Shown: positions 24,242 to 37,181, counted from the first letter of the stretch. The stretch: DNA of 64,000 bases from Prorocentrum cordatum (GCA_963575745.1 CAUYUJ010000271.1:1-64000), one strand, 5' to 3'. The notes: a model not told the origin generated them from the letters alone. Numbers and translations are program-made.

Positions 24242-25690
24242 CCAAGGACTTGCATCCGAAAGCAAGGATGCAAGATGAGGGAAAAGGCCATCAGAAGTCC
24301 CGGTTGCGATTGGCAGTTCCTCGGATATCAGCATGGGCCCGGGTGGGCCGAAGAGGCAAGGATGCAGGGTAGTCTTGATGAAGCAGCACCTCCTTAACAT
24401 GGATTTTGACTGTAGGGGGGACCAGCTCAGAGGGGGAAGCATCGAACGGGAATCGGCGATACATCGCCGATAGATCGGCGACAGGCCCCCGATGGCGAAT
24501 CCGCTCGCTCCTGGGCGGGGTGGGCGATCGGGGCCCCATCGGCGATGAGTTATTGGGGGTCGATGCATCTCCCCCTCCTCCTCCTCCTCCTCCTCCTCCT
24601 CCTCCTCCTCCTCCTCCTCCTCCTGCTCCTCCTCCTCCTCCTCCTCCTCCTCCCCCTGAGCCGATCCCTCCCAACGTTGCCCCTGACCTCCACACGGGCC
24701 CTCTTCTTGATCTGCGTCCAGAACACGACGGCCACGGGGTAGGACAACATGAAGAACAGCGCCGCCCCGAACAGAGCGGGGTCCTCTCAGGGATACGCCA
24801 AAGAGTGGGGGGGGGTCAGCGAATCAGCCGCGCGCAGCTGCTCTCCCCGCCGCCTCCAGCGCCTCAGGGCGGCTACGGATCGAGGAAGCTGCCTGGCGGC
24901 AGAGCCAGAACCAGCTGCGCGCAACAACGTTCGTAACACTCCCTCCGTTTCCTCCCCCCCTCTTTCGTCCACCCCGATCCTTTCTGACGAAGCCCATCAG
25001 AGCTTCGGATCCGCCCTCCACGAACTTGAAGTGGCAGCCAGCCGCTGCAGCGACCGCGACGTACTCGAAAACCCGCAGCCCGACCAGGAAGTTGGCGAAT
25101 TCCTCTCGCTCCTCGTCGCGCTGAAAGAAGTTTACGTTCACCATCAGGGAGACAACCGCGAGGGAGAGGCACGCGAGAAGCCTCGTGGCCACACCCGTCA
25201 GCCTCGCCAAGGCCGCCGTGCAAACGAAATCTGCCAATGCCACGGCCGGAACCACGAAGATCCCTGCGTCGCCCAGCTCATCCCGGCAGAACTCGTGCAG
25301 GAGCAAGCCGCAGAGCAGACGTGCAGTGATCTCCGTCATCCTGAATATGCCCACCATCTCCTTCCAAACAGGGTTCTGTACCAGCCTGCAAAGCACGGAG
25401 CTTTCGGTGCCATCGAGGCTGGACGCGGCATTGCCTATACATCGAATCGAGCAGATCGCGGACAACAGCCTGCCCCGATAAGCCCAAGTGGTTCTCACCC
25501 TTTCGTTGTCTACAACTAAGGCTAGAGTGGTGATGCCAATGGGTGTGGCCTGCAAGGTCGCATGTATCGTTTTGACGATGCGCAGCTGTTCCAATGCAAG
25601 GTATTTGTTTCGGTATGCAGCATACGCCTTCCATGCAAAAATCCGCTCCCCCATCCAGCGAGGGTTTGCGATGGAAAGGCGGTGCCGCAC
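24242..25690 (-). CDS. Multi-TM region, XK-related-like C-terminal half; predicted exons (25690 or further)-24980, 24783-24656, 24425-24242
   Basis: HATLQATPIGITTLALV; IFRMTEITARLLCGLLL; LVGLRVFEYVAV. GA-AG intron 24979-24784 joins GFVRK to DPALFGAALFFMLSYPVAVVFW in frame. Family call by motif resemblance only. Confidence 0.6.
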
Positions 25691-27050
25691 ATCCCCATCG
25701 ACGTGTGCCTTCTTTCCACGCGTAAGCCCAGATTTGGACCAAAGGTGAGGTGACTGGCGGGATGGGCCTTAGGTGCGTTCCCCCCCGGCCTTCTCTCATT
25801 CCTGGTTGTGCAACACATTTCCCTTCTAGACGTTCCTGCTGTTGTTGCTAACTTCTGAATAGTATGTGTTCGCCTTCTGGTTTTCAAGTTTATCATCCGT
25901 GACGTCGAGAATGCTGAACGCCGTGCGACCCTAACTTTCTAGACGCCTCGAGAGAAACACACACACACACATATTTTAGACAGCAGCGCTCTGAACAGCG
26001 AACCTCCAGGAATCTGCGTGGGGCCCAGGACCAGTCGGATAGACCCATCGCCACTTCCAAGCATCGAACGTGTCGCTTTCGGCAGGCTGAAGCTGGGTGG
26101 TCGGCGCGGCTGTTAGCGACCATCTATGAAGAGAGGCCTTCGGGGTCGGCCCACGTGCCATGCACATGGTCGCCGCGCATTTTGATGTCCCGCGCGGGCA
26201 GAGATAACATTCGAAAGCACGGGTTTACGAAGACGGCTACCATGACCACGTCTTGGGAACTGATGGTTTCGAAGAGGCTACATCACTGCTACACCGCAAG
26301 CAGTAACATCTCGCTCGCTGGGGGGCCGCGACTCCTCTCAGGAGCCCGTTGCCAGAAGCACTACAAAGTAATTCGCCTTCGGCCCGAGCGTCACCAGAGG
26401 GGCTTTTCACTGCCCAGTCGAGCGCGTGGGCGCAGCGGTCCAAGGCGCACCTAGCCGTGAAGACCAGACGCCCCTCCAGGTGCAGTAACTCGAACTCGGC
26501 ACTGTCTGATACATCGATTGGTTTCCGTTCGCAGCGTGCTGGGTGCTGGAGCCAGCCCTGGACGGAGTTTTCGCACGCGGGAACGGCGCGCTTCCCTGAG
26601 ACGCGGACCCTGGCATCCTCGGATCGATGGAAGCCGTGACCTTGCTGTGGGCGCGGTGCGTGGCCGCGGCAACGCGCTCACCTTGCGCAGGAGCCTGGGC
26701 TCGCCGTCCTCACGAGGTCGAAGGCGTCGAGCCCCAGCTCGAAACCTACGACCCCCGCCGACCTGAGATCAGACTCGCGGCCCAGGCTGTGATGTGGTGG
26801 CGTGGCGTATCGGTGGCGTCCGCTGCCGACGGCTTCCTCTGCGAGGTGACGTAGAGAGGCCGAGCGAAAACGGCTTCCCGCGCTCGCGCTGCGCCGCAGC
26901 AACCCTGCGGCGCGCAGGGCAGCCGCGGTGCAGCGGCAGCCACTGACGGGGAGGGGGAGAAGGAGGAGGAGGAGGAGGAGGAGGAGGAGGAGGAGGAGGC
27001 GGAGGACGAGGAGGAGGAGGACGACGAGGAGGAGCAGGAGGAGGAGAAGC

Positions 27051-27084
<34 letters not shown>

Positions 27085-27972
27085 GGAGGAGGGGCCGAGC
27101 GAAAACCGCTGCGCGTCGGCGCAGGCCATCCGAGCAGCCCCGGCTGCCCTTGCCCTGCTCGAGCTGCCGGGGCGGCGCTGCCCCGCGCCGCACTGCCCTG
27201 GGCGAGGCTGCCCGCGCTGGGCCGCCCGCCCCCCGAGCCCCTGCAGGCGGGGGGCGTTGGCAAACGGGCCGGTGGCTGAGGCTGCGTCTCCCCAAGGGTG
27301 CTTCCAAAAAACTGACTTGCAGCGCACGAGTGCGAGGCAAACTCCCCCCGCTCAGAGTTGTGGCGATGTGTCGACGCCTTCGTCGCTCCGATGTAGCACG
27401 CACTGGTGCAAGAAAAAGGCTCTGTCGCCCCGTTCTGGCTTGAAGAGGCCCTTTAGCTACCACCCCGTTTACTAACGCCCCGTCTGCCCGGGCTCGGCCG
27501 CTGGCCCCTCCGCAAGACGCCGCCCCGCCGGCCCACCGCTCCCTCCCAACCGTGGGTGGGCTGGCAGGGGATTCGCCGCGGCGCGGGCGTTGGAAGCTGA
27601 TGCGGGCGGCTCGCGCCCCCGCCGCTCGTCGATCCCGGGCCTCGCCGCCATAGCCCGTGGACGGGCGACGAGACCAGAGCGTCCCAGCACGCCGCCTGCA
27701 AACCGCATGCCGCCTTCAGCAAGCGCGCCTTCGGGAGGGAATGGGACAGGGCAGGGCCGATCAGTAGACGCCCGGAGCTGCTTCTCTGCATGACAGTAGT
27801 AGGGGTCGGCGTGCTGAGTTCCTCCTCGCTCGATGGATGACGGGGTCGACTTGGCGGCGAGCCACGGGGGGGAAGTGAGAAAGCGAATGCCTCCTCAGCA
27901 GGCCGCGGGGCTTCTCAGAAGCCCTCCGGCCTCCTAAAAGGTTTCCTGCGACTTCGGGGAAGGCTAAGAACA

Positions 27973-28228
27973 CGATGGGCCTGTTTCCCACCACCACCAC
28001 CACCATAAATTGGAGGGAGAGGGGGTCCTCCTCCTTCTCCTCCTCCTCCTCCTCCTCCACCTCCTCCTCCTCCACCTCCTCCTCCTTCTCCTCTTCGTCC
28101 CTCCTCCTCCTCCTCCTCCTCCTCCTCCTCCTCCTCCTCCTCCTCCTCCTCCTCCTCCTCCTCCTCCTTCTCCTCCTCCCCCTCCCCCCTCCAATTTATG
28201 GTGGTGGTGGTGGAAAACAAGCCCATCG
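27973..28228. mobile_element. MITE with ~50-bp TIRs around a (CCT)n core
   Basis: cgatgggcctgtttccc(cac)ncataaattggaggg ... ccctccaatttatg(gtg)ngaaaacaagcccatcg. Confidence 0.8.
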
Positions 28229-30728
28229 GAACACTTCTCAGGAGGCGGGGGGACTTCCGAGCCTTCCGAGAAGGCCTTCTCCTGCTCGCCTTCCTCCCCC
28301 CGCACCCGCCGCCGATCGACGTGCGCGGCCGCCTCGGCCTGCGAAACCACGGCCCCGAGCGGGCGAGCGGGGGGGCCTGGGCGCGGCTCGGCTTCCCGCC
28401 GCGTGCTGCCTGGGGCGCGCCGCGGAGCACGCGCCGCGCACGGGGAGGGCCGCGCCTGCGTGGCGAGCAGCCCCTCCCCTGGAGGCAACCGCTGCCCCTG
28501 ATGGCTGGCCCTCGAGCAGCCACGAAGTCGCCCAGGGACGCGCAAAAGGAACACCCACAAGTCACAGGGCCCCCACATCTTCCGACATCTCTTTGGGGTC
28601 GCCGTCGTCCCCCCACTTCCCGTGTTTTCTCATACTTTCCGGGGGGTCGACGACTCATTTTGTCCGTGTGTTTTGTCCTCTCCTGAGATCAAGGCCTGCG
28701 CGCACGATGCGCCGACGCCTGTTAAATGAGGGGCGGCGCCGCCGATTGAAGATGGAGACGTGGGTCCGATTCAGGTAGGTCTGCGGGGATAGGTGCACCA
28801 GTACTTGCCATAGTGAGCGCCTAGATGCAACTATCTGCGCGCTGAATGCAATAGCTGCGCGCGGATGCAAGTGTTAGTCTTTTTGTTCGCGCGCCTCGCC
28901 TGTCGCCCGTGCAATACTTCGCGCCCCCCCCCGCAGTAGTTGCGCACTGTTGCACGCCACCCTGCATCATTGCCAGACTATTGCGCCTCTCGCCGCCGAC
29001 CCATCTGCGCCAGACCCCCTTATCGGGGATTCCCAAAACCGCACAGTGACAGACCGTGCGCTGAGCTCAAGATAGCAGTCGCCCGAGGCATCCTGGGAGA
29101 ACGGCCCGAGTCCCCACATCGCACGGTGACCTCGGATCCCCGCTGGCTCACCACGCGGCGTGGTCACCACGCTGGTTGGGGCCCCCCGGCACTGCCCCAG
29201 CTTATAACCAGGGCGGGCCGCCGCCCAGAGGCTCAGCTCGCGCGAGGCGCGTGCGCGCGGCGGGCGCGCGTTACTCGGCGCCCCGCGTGAACGGTGGCGG
29301 GCCGCGGCAGCGGTGTTCGCCGCGCGCGCGCGCCTCTGCATGCTGGCGGTGCTCGTGCGCTCGCCTTGCCGATCCCTTTCTGGTGCGCACAGCTCGCGCG
29401 GGGTGGGCGCAACAACCACCGCGCAGATCGCTTCTGCATGGATCGTCGCCAGTTCGCCCGCGGCTATCATCAGGAACTATCTGCGCGGGCGTGGGTGAGA
29501 GCAACACCCAGACATGTTGTGTCCAGATTTTTCCATTGCCCCCAAATCGCACAGCGATTTGGGGGGCAGGAAAATCTTCAGGAAGGCCTTTGTGGGCCTC
29601 TCGGCAGCTTTGCCTACTGGCTTCTTGACCTCTCACAGCCTGGGCTGGGCGCCTGTGGCGCGGCGGGCACCTCACGGCCGTGCGCTGCAGCGTGGCAGGC
29701 GGGTTCTCACGGCCGTGCGCTGCATATTGCAGCAGGTGGTTCTCGTGGCCGTGCGCTGCAGGGCAGCAGGCGGTTCCTCCCTCCTCCCCCCGCTGGCTAT
29801 TGGATTGCTTGGCGTGCAGGGTGCACTGTGGGCTCCGCTGCCGTGTTGCGGTCTGGCCGGTTGGTTGGATGGCCGGTCGCCGCGGATGCTGGATTGGCTC
29901 CGAACGGCGGTGTCGCAGGGGCTGTGCCACGCAAGTCCCCGGCACTGCAGCTATTTCCCGGGGTGCGTGCTGCGGGGCAGGGCCTGCGCTTGGATTGGCT
30001 CGAAACCCGCCCTCTTCCGCCCTCGCTGCTTGTGCAATTGCTGGGCGGCGCCCTTGCCAGGCTGGGCCCCTGGTGGATTCCAGTCTGGGCCAGCCTGGCT
30101 GCGCCAGGTGATTCATCTCGCCCAATGTTGGCGCGAGGGCGTCGCCCAACTTCGCGGTCGAACGGCCGTGCGTAGGAGATTTTCGATGCACGGTCTCCGG
30201 AAGTCCCGACCCCTTCCCAGGGGCCAGTGTCTCACCCTGGACCGTTGTTTGCTGGGCCCGGAGCGCAGCGAGGGCCCTCAGAGGCCAAAAAGCTGGCAGA
30301 AACCTCCCGCCCGGATGTGTTTACACGGCGCGAGCACGTCTGGGCACGATCTGCTCTCTCGCGGGCTGCTTTGGCGGGCAGAGCAGCGCACGCCGCGCCC
30401 ATGGCAGGAGCGTAACCTGCCTGACGAGTGCGCGCCGCGTCGTGGGCGCGAGCAGCGCAGCTGCGCTCTGGCGCGCTGCCCCGCTGCCGACGGGATGAGC
30501 GGGCGAAGAGCAGAGGCATCGCCGGAGCGGCAGCGCTGCTCTTGGGGGAGACTTGCGGCGCCGAGACGGAAGGGACAAGGGGGTGGAGGGAGGGGGGAGG
30601 GCTTCTTAGAAGGAGGCTGCTTCTTAGAAGGCGCCATTCTTACATCTGTAGGTAAGGCCCGCGCCTTCTAAGAAGCAGGGGTGTTTCTAAGCAGCCCTCC
30701 CCCCTCCCCCCACCCCCCTCTGCGCGTG

Positions 30729-30882
30729 TAGGGGGCCACACGTGAAGCCTACCCCTGCCCCCCACGATTTCTGAGGGGGAGGGTGGGGTTCACTTCGACT
30801 GGGAGCTCCCAAACGAAGTGAACCCCACCCTCCTCCTCAGAAATCGTGGGGGGCAGGGGTAGGGTTCGCATGTGGCCCCCTA
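30729..30882. mobile_element. 154-bp near-perfect palindrome with TA ends
   Basis: Symmetric about gggagctccc (30801-30810). Confidence 0.88.
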
Positions 30883-31470
30883 AGACGACTGCTCGGTGCC
30901 CGAGGGAACAGGCCATAAGCACCGAGGAACCAAGACCAGTAACCGGAGGAGCAATACGCAGCAAGGAACCGAGGAACCAATGCCAGGGAGCCAAGGAACC
31001 AGGACCAACGAACCCTGGCAACGCCCAAGGAAACAAGACCAAGGAACCCCAAGGAAAACCCTGGCAAGGAAACAAAAATAAGGAACCCCAGGAAAGGCCA
31101 GCACTAACTGGGGGACGCACCCACCCATTCTTAAAACACGAACACGACACCCTAGACATAACCTCATTGGGGAAGAAACGACACAACTTATGCAATGTTC
31201 CATTTATCCATGCGCGAAATGAGAATGTACAGGTCGTAGTATAGGGGAATAAATGATGTAACGGCACACTTGAGGTCTCTATCAGGGCAAGGGGAGGGCG
31301 CGCGTGGTATAGTAAGAGACAAACGTATGTGAGAGAAACAATGATATTATCATAAGTTCGGAGCAGTACTCGGAACGCGTCAAAGGAGGTGTTGTCAACT
31401 TGGGGTACAAGACATCCGAGCCCTCAGTGCAGGAGGCATGGATGACGAAGCTAGACACATGTGCGTTGCG

Positions 31471-33673
31471 TCAGGGCTCGGGAGAACAGCGGGCCTCTGG
31501 CCGAGGTGCCGCCCACGCTTCGGTGGCCCGAAGCCCGGCGTGGTCCGTTTCTGCAGTGCTCTGTTCCTGACAGGAGCACGCCCCGTTCTCTGCGCCCGTT
31601 CTCTGACTGACTAGCGGTCGAATGTGTGCTTCGATTCTTGAGTCCACGATTGGTGCGAGCTTTCGTGCCCACCACACCCGGGCGTGCTGCTGCAAAGCGC
31701 TGCGAATTAGGTGCAAGAACCCAAAAATTGGGCAGGCCAGCAATCTGAGGCACTGGTTCATCTTCTTCAGATCGTCATCCATCCATGAATAAATCGTTAG
31801 CAGCCACCCAGTCAACGCAATCGAGACTACGTACACTGTGCACGTTTTGATTTGGCCGTTGAGGTATAATGAAGTCGCAACGTAGATGTGCAAACACACG
31901 TCAGCCATATGGCTGACGATGTCCATGCCCAACGAAATAACACTGCTAGTTTCGACTTTCTTCCTACCGATCATAAACCCACGGGCCTCTTCTTTGCGTT
32001 CCTCGTCCTCCTCTGGGTCCTGGGCCCACCACAAGCAAATGCAATTTACCATGTTTGAGTCGTAAAGTAAAATCCGCCACCGTGCCCCCTCGCACGTTGA
32101 GGCGCATTAGGACACCGAGGGCTTCCTGGTAGAATTGCTGCGTTCCTCCAAATGACCCCCTCCTTTCGAATCGCAAAATGTTGCGTGCTCCGCCCCCCCT
32201 TGCCGAAACCACAATCGCCAAGAAAAAACAATGGATTCGCGATCCCGGGTTTCCAAGATGGCCCGAGCCAGAAGCCCCAGGCCTCCAATATGGCTCAAGA
32301 TATCTCCACGACGGCCCAAGATGGCCCCAACGCGGCCTCAAACAGCATCAAATCGGCCCAAGATGCAAGATAAGGGGATCCCCCAGAGGGTCTGAAGATA
32401 CACAAGTAATCGCTTTTACAGGAAACGTAATTTCGGCATTATCGTCGTTTCGGCCCAAGAAGTATCCAAGACGGCCCAGAAAGGCCTCCAGAAGGACCAA
32501 AGACGGCATTCGTCGGCCCTTCGACGGTCAAAGTCGGCGCCAAGATGGCTCCGCGACGGCCCCCAGACGCACCCCATACGGCCAACAGGACCCCAAGACG
32601 GCCCAAGGGAGCACCAAGACGGCCTAAGAGATCCCCAAGACGGCCAAAGACGGCCCGGGAACGACCCCAAGGGACCCCAAAGCATGCCCCGCAGGAGTCC
32701 AAGACAGCCTCAAGACGCCCCAGATGTGGTCCATGAGAGCTCCTCAGAAAGTGAAGACGACAAATGTCACGTGTGATGGCCTTCCTCCCCCTCCTCGTGC
32801 TCCTCCTCCTCCTCCTCCTCTTCCTCCTCCTCCTCCTCCTAATCGCCATCATCGAGGTGTCACACGCGACGGCCTCCCGTGCCTTCTCGAACATCTACCA
32901 CCCAAAATGCCGGGCTGGCACGTTGGCGGGACTCGCCGCAGGCAGCTGGATAGTGATGCTGAATGCTAGGAAAACGTCAAGGGAATAATGGTATCTCGCG
33001 GCGATTGTGGCAAATGACGCTGAAATCGTATATGTCCACGTCAACACTCCGATAACAACACGGATGCACCGCCGGTGCCCATGGCATCGCCCCAGCAGGT
33101 CGTTAATCACGAGGGTGCTCAGCAGGAGAATGAAGCAATGCTTCGAATATATCATGTCACCGCAGTAGCGGCTGCCACCGACTTCCACACTAAGGACCTC
33201 CAGCAACGAGCCCCAGAAATCGTTGCGAAAATCTAGCAACTCCGCGTGGGTGCCCATGTCCTCAATGCCTCTCTTGTTCAACCTTTGCTGGCACTGCTCC
33301 CACCCGCTGGCGTCCGGAACCACTGTGAGGAGGCCACATGCGGCCCTGCCAGAGAGGAGCGCAGCAAAAACAAGCGCTGCCTTGCAGTAAACTAGCTTGT
33401 GCTTGCAGAGGAACATTGCGAGCAAAGCCATCATCGGCAATGGGACCACCGTCACGTCCCAGAACCACTGGGTGACCACCAGCGGCTCTTGCAGCCAGGA
33501 CGCGGTTAAATCCTGGAGCTTCTGCGGGTAGTCGTGGTGATGAGTGCTGATCCACTCCCGATGCAGCGGGTTGGGCAACTGGGCGCTACCCAGACCCCCG
33601 GCAATCCTCGACCCTTCCCTGAGAGTCGGCTGTTCATCCCGAGTCACTCTCTGACGGACAGGGGCCCCAGCGG
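31471..33673 (-). CDS. Sphingomyelin/IPC-synthase-like PAP2 domain continuing into a second TM region (XK N-half-like); interrupted by an 878-bp insertion, possibly a pseudogene
   Basis: GRAACGLLTVVPD, YCGDMIYSKH (cf. CGDxxxSGH) and RYHYSLDVFLA (cf. HYxxDV). Removing 32073-32950 gives in-frame FLAFSIT-ILLYDSNMVNCICLWW...MADVCLHIYVATSLYLNG. Confidence 0.8.
32073..32950 (+). mobile_element. Non-autonomous CCAAGA-rich element, Helitron/Helentron-like ends
   Basis: A|TCCGCCACCGTGCC...GGCACGTTGGCGGGACTCGCCGCAGGCAGCTGGA|T; 5' end is an inverted repeat of a subterminal 3' motif; precise removal restores the host ORF. Confidence 0.8.
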
Positions 33674-36035
33674 CTTCCAGGGGAGTTTTGTGAATCGCAA
33701 GACGAGGAGGGGGAGGAGGACAAGGGGGAGCAGGACGATGGAAGGAGGACGAGGGGGAAGAGGACGCCCTCCCCCTCCTCCTCCTCCTCGTCCTCCTACT
33801 CCTCCTCCTCCGCGTCCTCCTCCCCTCTGTCTATCCTCACTGGTACCATCGCCGGCGCTTCGCGCGCGCGAAGGTTCTAGAGCGGGCGGGGGGGAACCAC
33901 CCACAGCGGCACCTGGTGATCGCGTGGGCAATCTGTGAGCACTGCCCTTGCGATTGTTGCGCTGGTTCTCCGACGCGGGGCGGATTTTTGCGCGGCGGTC
34001 GTACGTTTTGTCAAGAAATTCTGGGGAATTGACGTGGCGCAACCGTCCTGGTGGCGGTTCCCAGCCATTGCGATCAGTGCCTGACTGGGGCAGCGCTCGT
34101 GGGCGCAGTGGTGTGGGGGGGGAGGGCGTTTTGCGCGGTTCAACCTGTGCACGTCGCGCGGTCTTTCTGCGAAGCTGCCGTGCCGACCTTCGGATCCATG
34201 CGGGGGCGTTCCAGTGGCAGTGGCGGGACGTACTCCGAGCAGTTCTCTTCCACGCACCACAAGTTCTCTGTTCAAAATAAGAACAGACTCCACCACTGTC
34301 TCGAGCTCGAGGTTCACGCCCCCCCTGGAATAATTACATTGACATGCACTTCCGCCTTATCGTTCATTCTCCATGTGAAATCGCACCATCTCAGCCAGGC
34401 CGGTATCGAACCCACCGTCATCCCTGTCATACCATGCGCGCACTCGTCTATCTTGAAACAGATTCTCCAGTAGTCCTTTGTAGCAGATGCTATAAAGTCC
34501 AAACGCGAGCGTGCCGAAGTCATATCAAACGCATTCATTTCGCAAGCGTTTCAACATACACATGTTCAACACCATGGGGCTTCCAATGGACATTTTGCAA
34601 GTTCCTACTCGCGCGCTTGATGCTGGTTTTTAGCAATGCCGCACACAACTCACATCCTCATCTCATCACGCGGTGAATGTGCGTTGATCTGGCATGCGCC
34701 CAGTGCTTGAAAACGTAGCGAATAGCTCCATGCGGGCCACACGCGCGCGCAGCCACGCGCGCGTGCCGAAACCCTTCTGGAAACAATGGTGTTCGAAACA
34801 TCTCAAATAATAAGCTCTTCGACAACATGTGAAGCCATATCGTACAACAGGGAACATGCATTTTCTTTTGAAGATCTGCGCGTGCGCACCTTCACATCAC
34901 CCCCACCAGCGCCATCGCACCACCACCGACATCTTCATCGTCAAGCGCCGTCATGACTACCCTCATCGCCACAAACACTCTCATCACCGTCATATGGAGA
35001 TCAGCACCGTCTTCGTCGTTACCAACATCGGCGCCGCCATAGGCCTTGCCGTCGTCGTCATCATCGCCACCGCCATCGTTATTATCGTTGCCACCGTTGT
35101 AGACGTCATCGTGACATGCACCCGACCGAGACACGATCCGCACGGAAGCGCCCGCGCGCCACCACGGCCTTTGAAGCGTGCTGCGGATGGCCCATCGGTA
35201 AGTGCCATCGCGGCCGCATCAGGCGTACCAAGCCACCCAGTCGATCTGCGCACAAGCGTGCGCGCGCCACTGTGGGTAGGTGGGATGCGTGCACGAGCAG
35301 TGGGCTCGACAACTTCAAGACGGTCGAAGGTAAATCTCCTTTTCGGAAAAAACAATAAGCCTTACCTCCGTCTCCCCCCGAAAGACTTTCTGGGCATTTG
35401 TACTTTAAATAAGGTTCGGCCCCGTCGTTCGTTTTGCAAATGACATCCAATGACATCCAACCGTTCTAAACGACCAGGTTTCGACACCCCCCCGTCTCTG
35501 GAAAATAATGCCGTACGCGTGCAGCCGTTCACCTCAAACAACCATTTCGCAATAATCCCTGGCATACTAAAGCTAGCAAATCCACACGCGCGCGCACAAG
35601 CCGAGACCATACCGGGCATGATAATTGGGCAATCCCTTCGACACTTGACATCCACAATCATCTTGCACAATTTCTGCCCGCGCGCCATTGCTGCAATCAT
35701 GGGGGAACCACATGACTGTAGCAACGTGCTGAAACCGCAAGCTGGTTCCAAACTCACTTTCTCATCCCACCACGCGGCGCGCTGCGTTGATCTAGCATGC
35801 GCCCACTGCAGAACTCCGCATCACATGGCACCGTGCGGGCCACGTGCGCGCAGCGCCACGCCCGCGTCCAACTCCTTGCAGGAAGCACTGGCCCTCGAAG
35901 CGTTTCGGTAAACGGGCGTAAGCCACGCTGACGAAGCCATGTGGCGAGCGCCGTGTCCTGCAGGCTGCGCGGAGCGAGCCACTTTGTGAAAGCCACCCAC
36001 GGGCGGCCACGGGCGTGCTCCAGGCAAGCCCTTGC

Positions 36036-36238
36036 TAGGGGAACAAAAAGTGACATAAACATAAAAACTCGGAGGTCCGCGCGAATTTCTCGGATCGGCG
36101 CTGGGGCCCCCCGGCGGGGCCTCCGGCGCCGCCCCCGCCGCGCTCCGCGCGCCAGGGCGGGGGGGGGGCCAGGCGCCGATCCGAGAGATCCGCGCGGACC
36201 TCCGAGCTTTTGTGTTTATGTCGCCGTTTGTTCCCCTA
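36036..36238. mobile_element. MITE with long TIRs and TA ends (Tc1/mariner-type TSD)
   Basis: taggggaacaaa..gacataaaca..ctcggaggtccgcgcga ... tccgcgcggacctccgag..tgtttatgtc..tttgttccccta. Confidence 0.85.
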
Positions 36239-36796
36239 CTTGCCCCACTTTTTTTTGGTCGGCGGCCGCGCGACTACGGTCTGGCGGCGACAAGCGTGTC
36301 CGGGACGGCGGTACAGGCGAATTGCACACAAGAGGTGCGGTGCACGTGCGCTGAGCAAGATGCTCCACATTCGCAGTGACGCACCTGGGCGCCGCCCGGT
36401 CCAGAAGAACGAGCGCACACCTACTTGCCCCACGCGAAAGACCGGCATTACCCCCCCAGCGCGGGGCGCCCGCGAGGCGCCCACGGGCGGGCGCCAGGCG
36501 AAGCCTCGGCATACCCCCCCCCCCCCCTGCGCGCGCGGGACGCCCGCGAGGCGCCCACGAGGCGCTCCACGGGCGGCCACCAGCTGGGCACCGGCCGAAG
36601 CCTCAACATACCCATCCAATTACCGTCGGGGCGTTGACCTAAGGAACCCGAAATAAGGAACGAGGCCCCTTCTCCAGAAGTTCAACTTCGACTTCCCATC
36701 GAAAATCCAAGTAAAGAAAGGGGGCGAAATGTGAAACGATGAAGGAACACGGAGCCCCTCCCCAACGAAAAGGGTTCCTTATTCAGAGCCCCGACT

Positions 36797-37000
36797 GTAC
36801 TCTTAAGTCGGGCCTGTGCCCCCACAGGGGGATTGTCGACGAAGCCTAAAAAATACTCCACAAATGCCCCGAAAAGGTAAAAAAAATACTCCACAGATAG
36901 TCCCCAGGCTATGTTTGGACTATGTTTCGATTATCTTTGGGGTCGTTTGTGTTTTGCGACGAAAGCCCCCTGTAGGGGGACACGCCCGACTTGAGAGTAC
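36797..37000. mobile_element. MITE with ~35-bp TIRs
   Basis: gtactcttaagtcgggcctgtgcccccacaggggg ... ccccctgtagggggacacgcccgacttgagagtac. Confidence 0.8.
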
Positions 37001-37181
37001 TCATCAACAGCGCAAGATCCTCTAGCGCAAACGCTGCTTTGGAAAAAGGAGATGCTCCCCCTGCCGAAACTGGACTTATCCCCTCGCCTTTCTTGTTTGG
37101 GGGTGTTGCTGTTGCCACCTGGCAGATTTTGGTAGCTGAATTCTTTAAGCTAAGAAGCCTCCCGACCCGCCACCCTGCACA

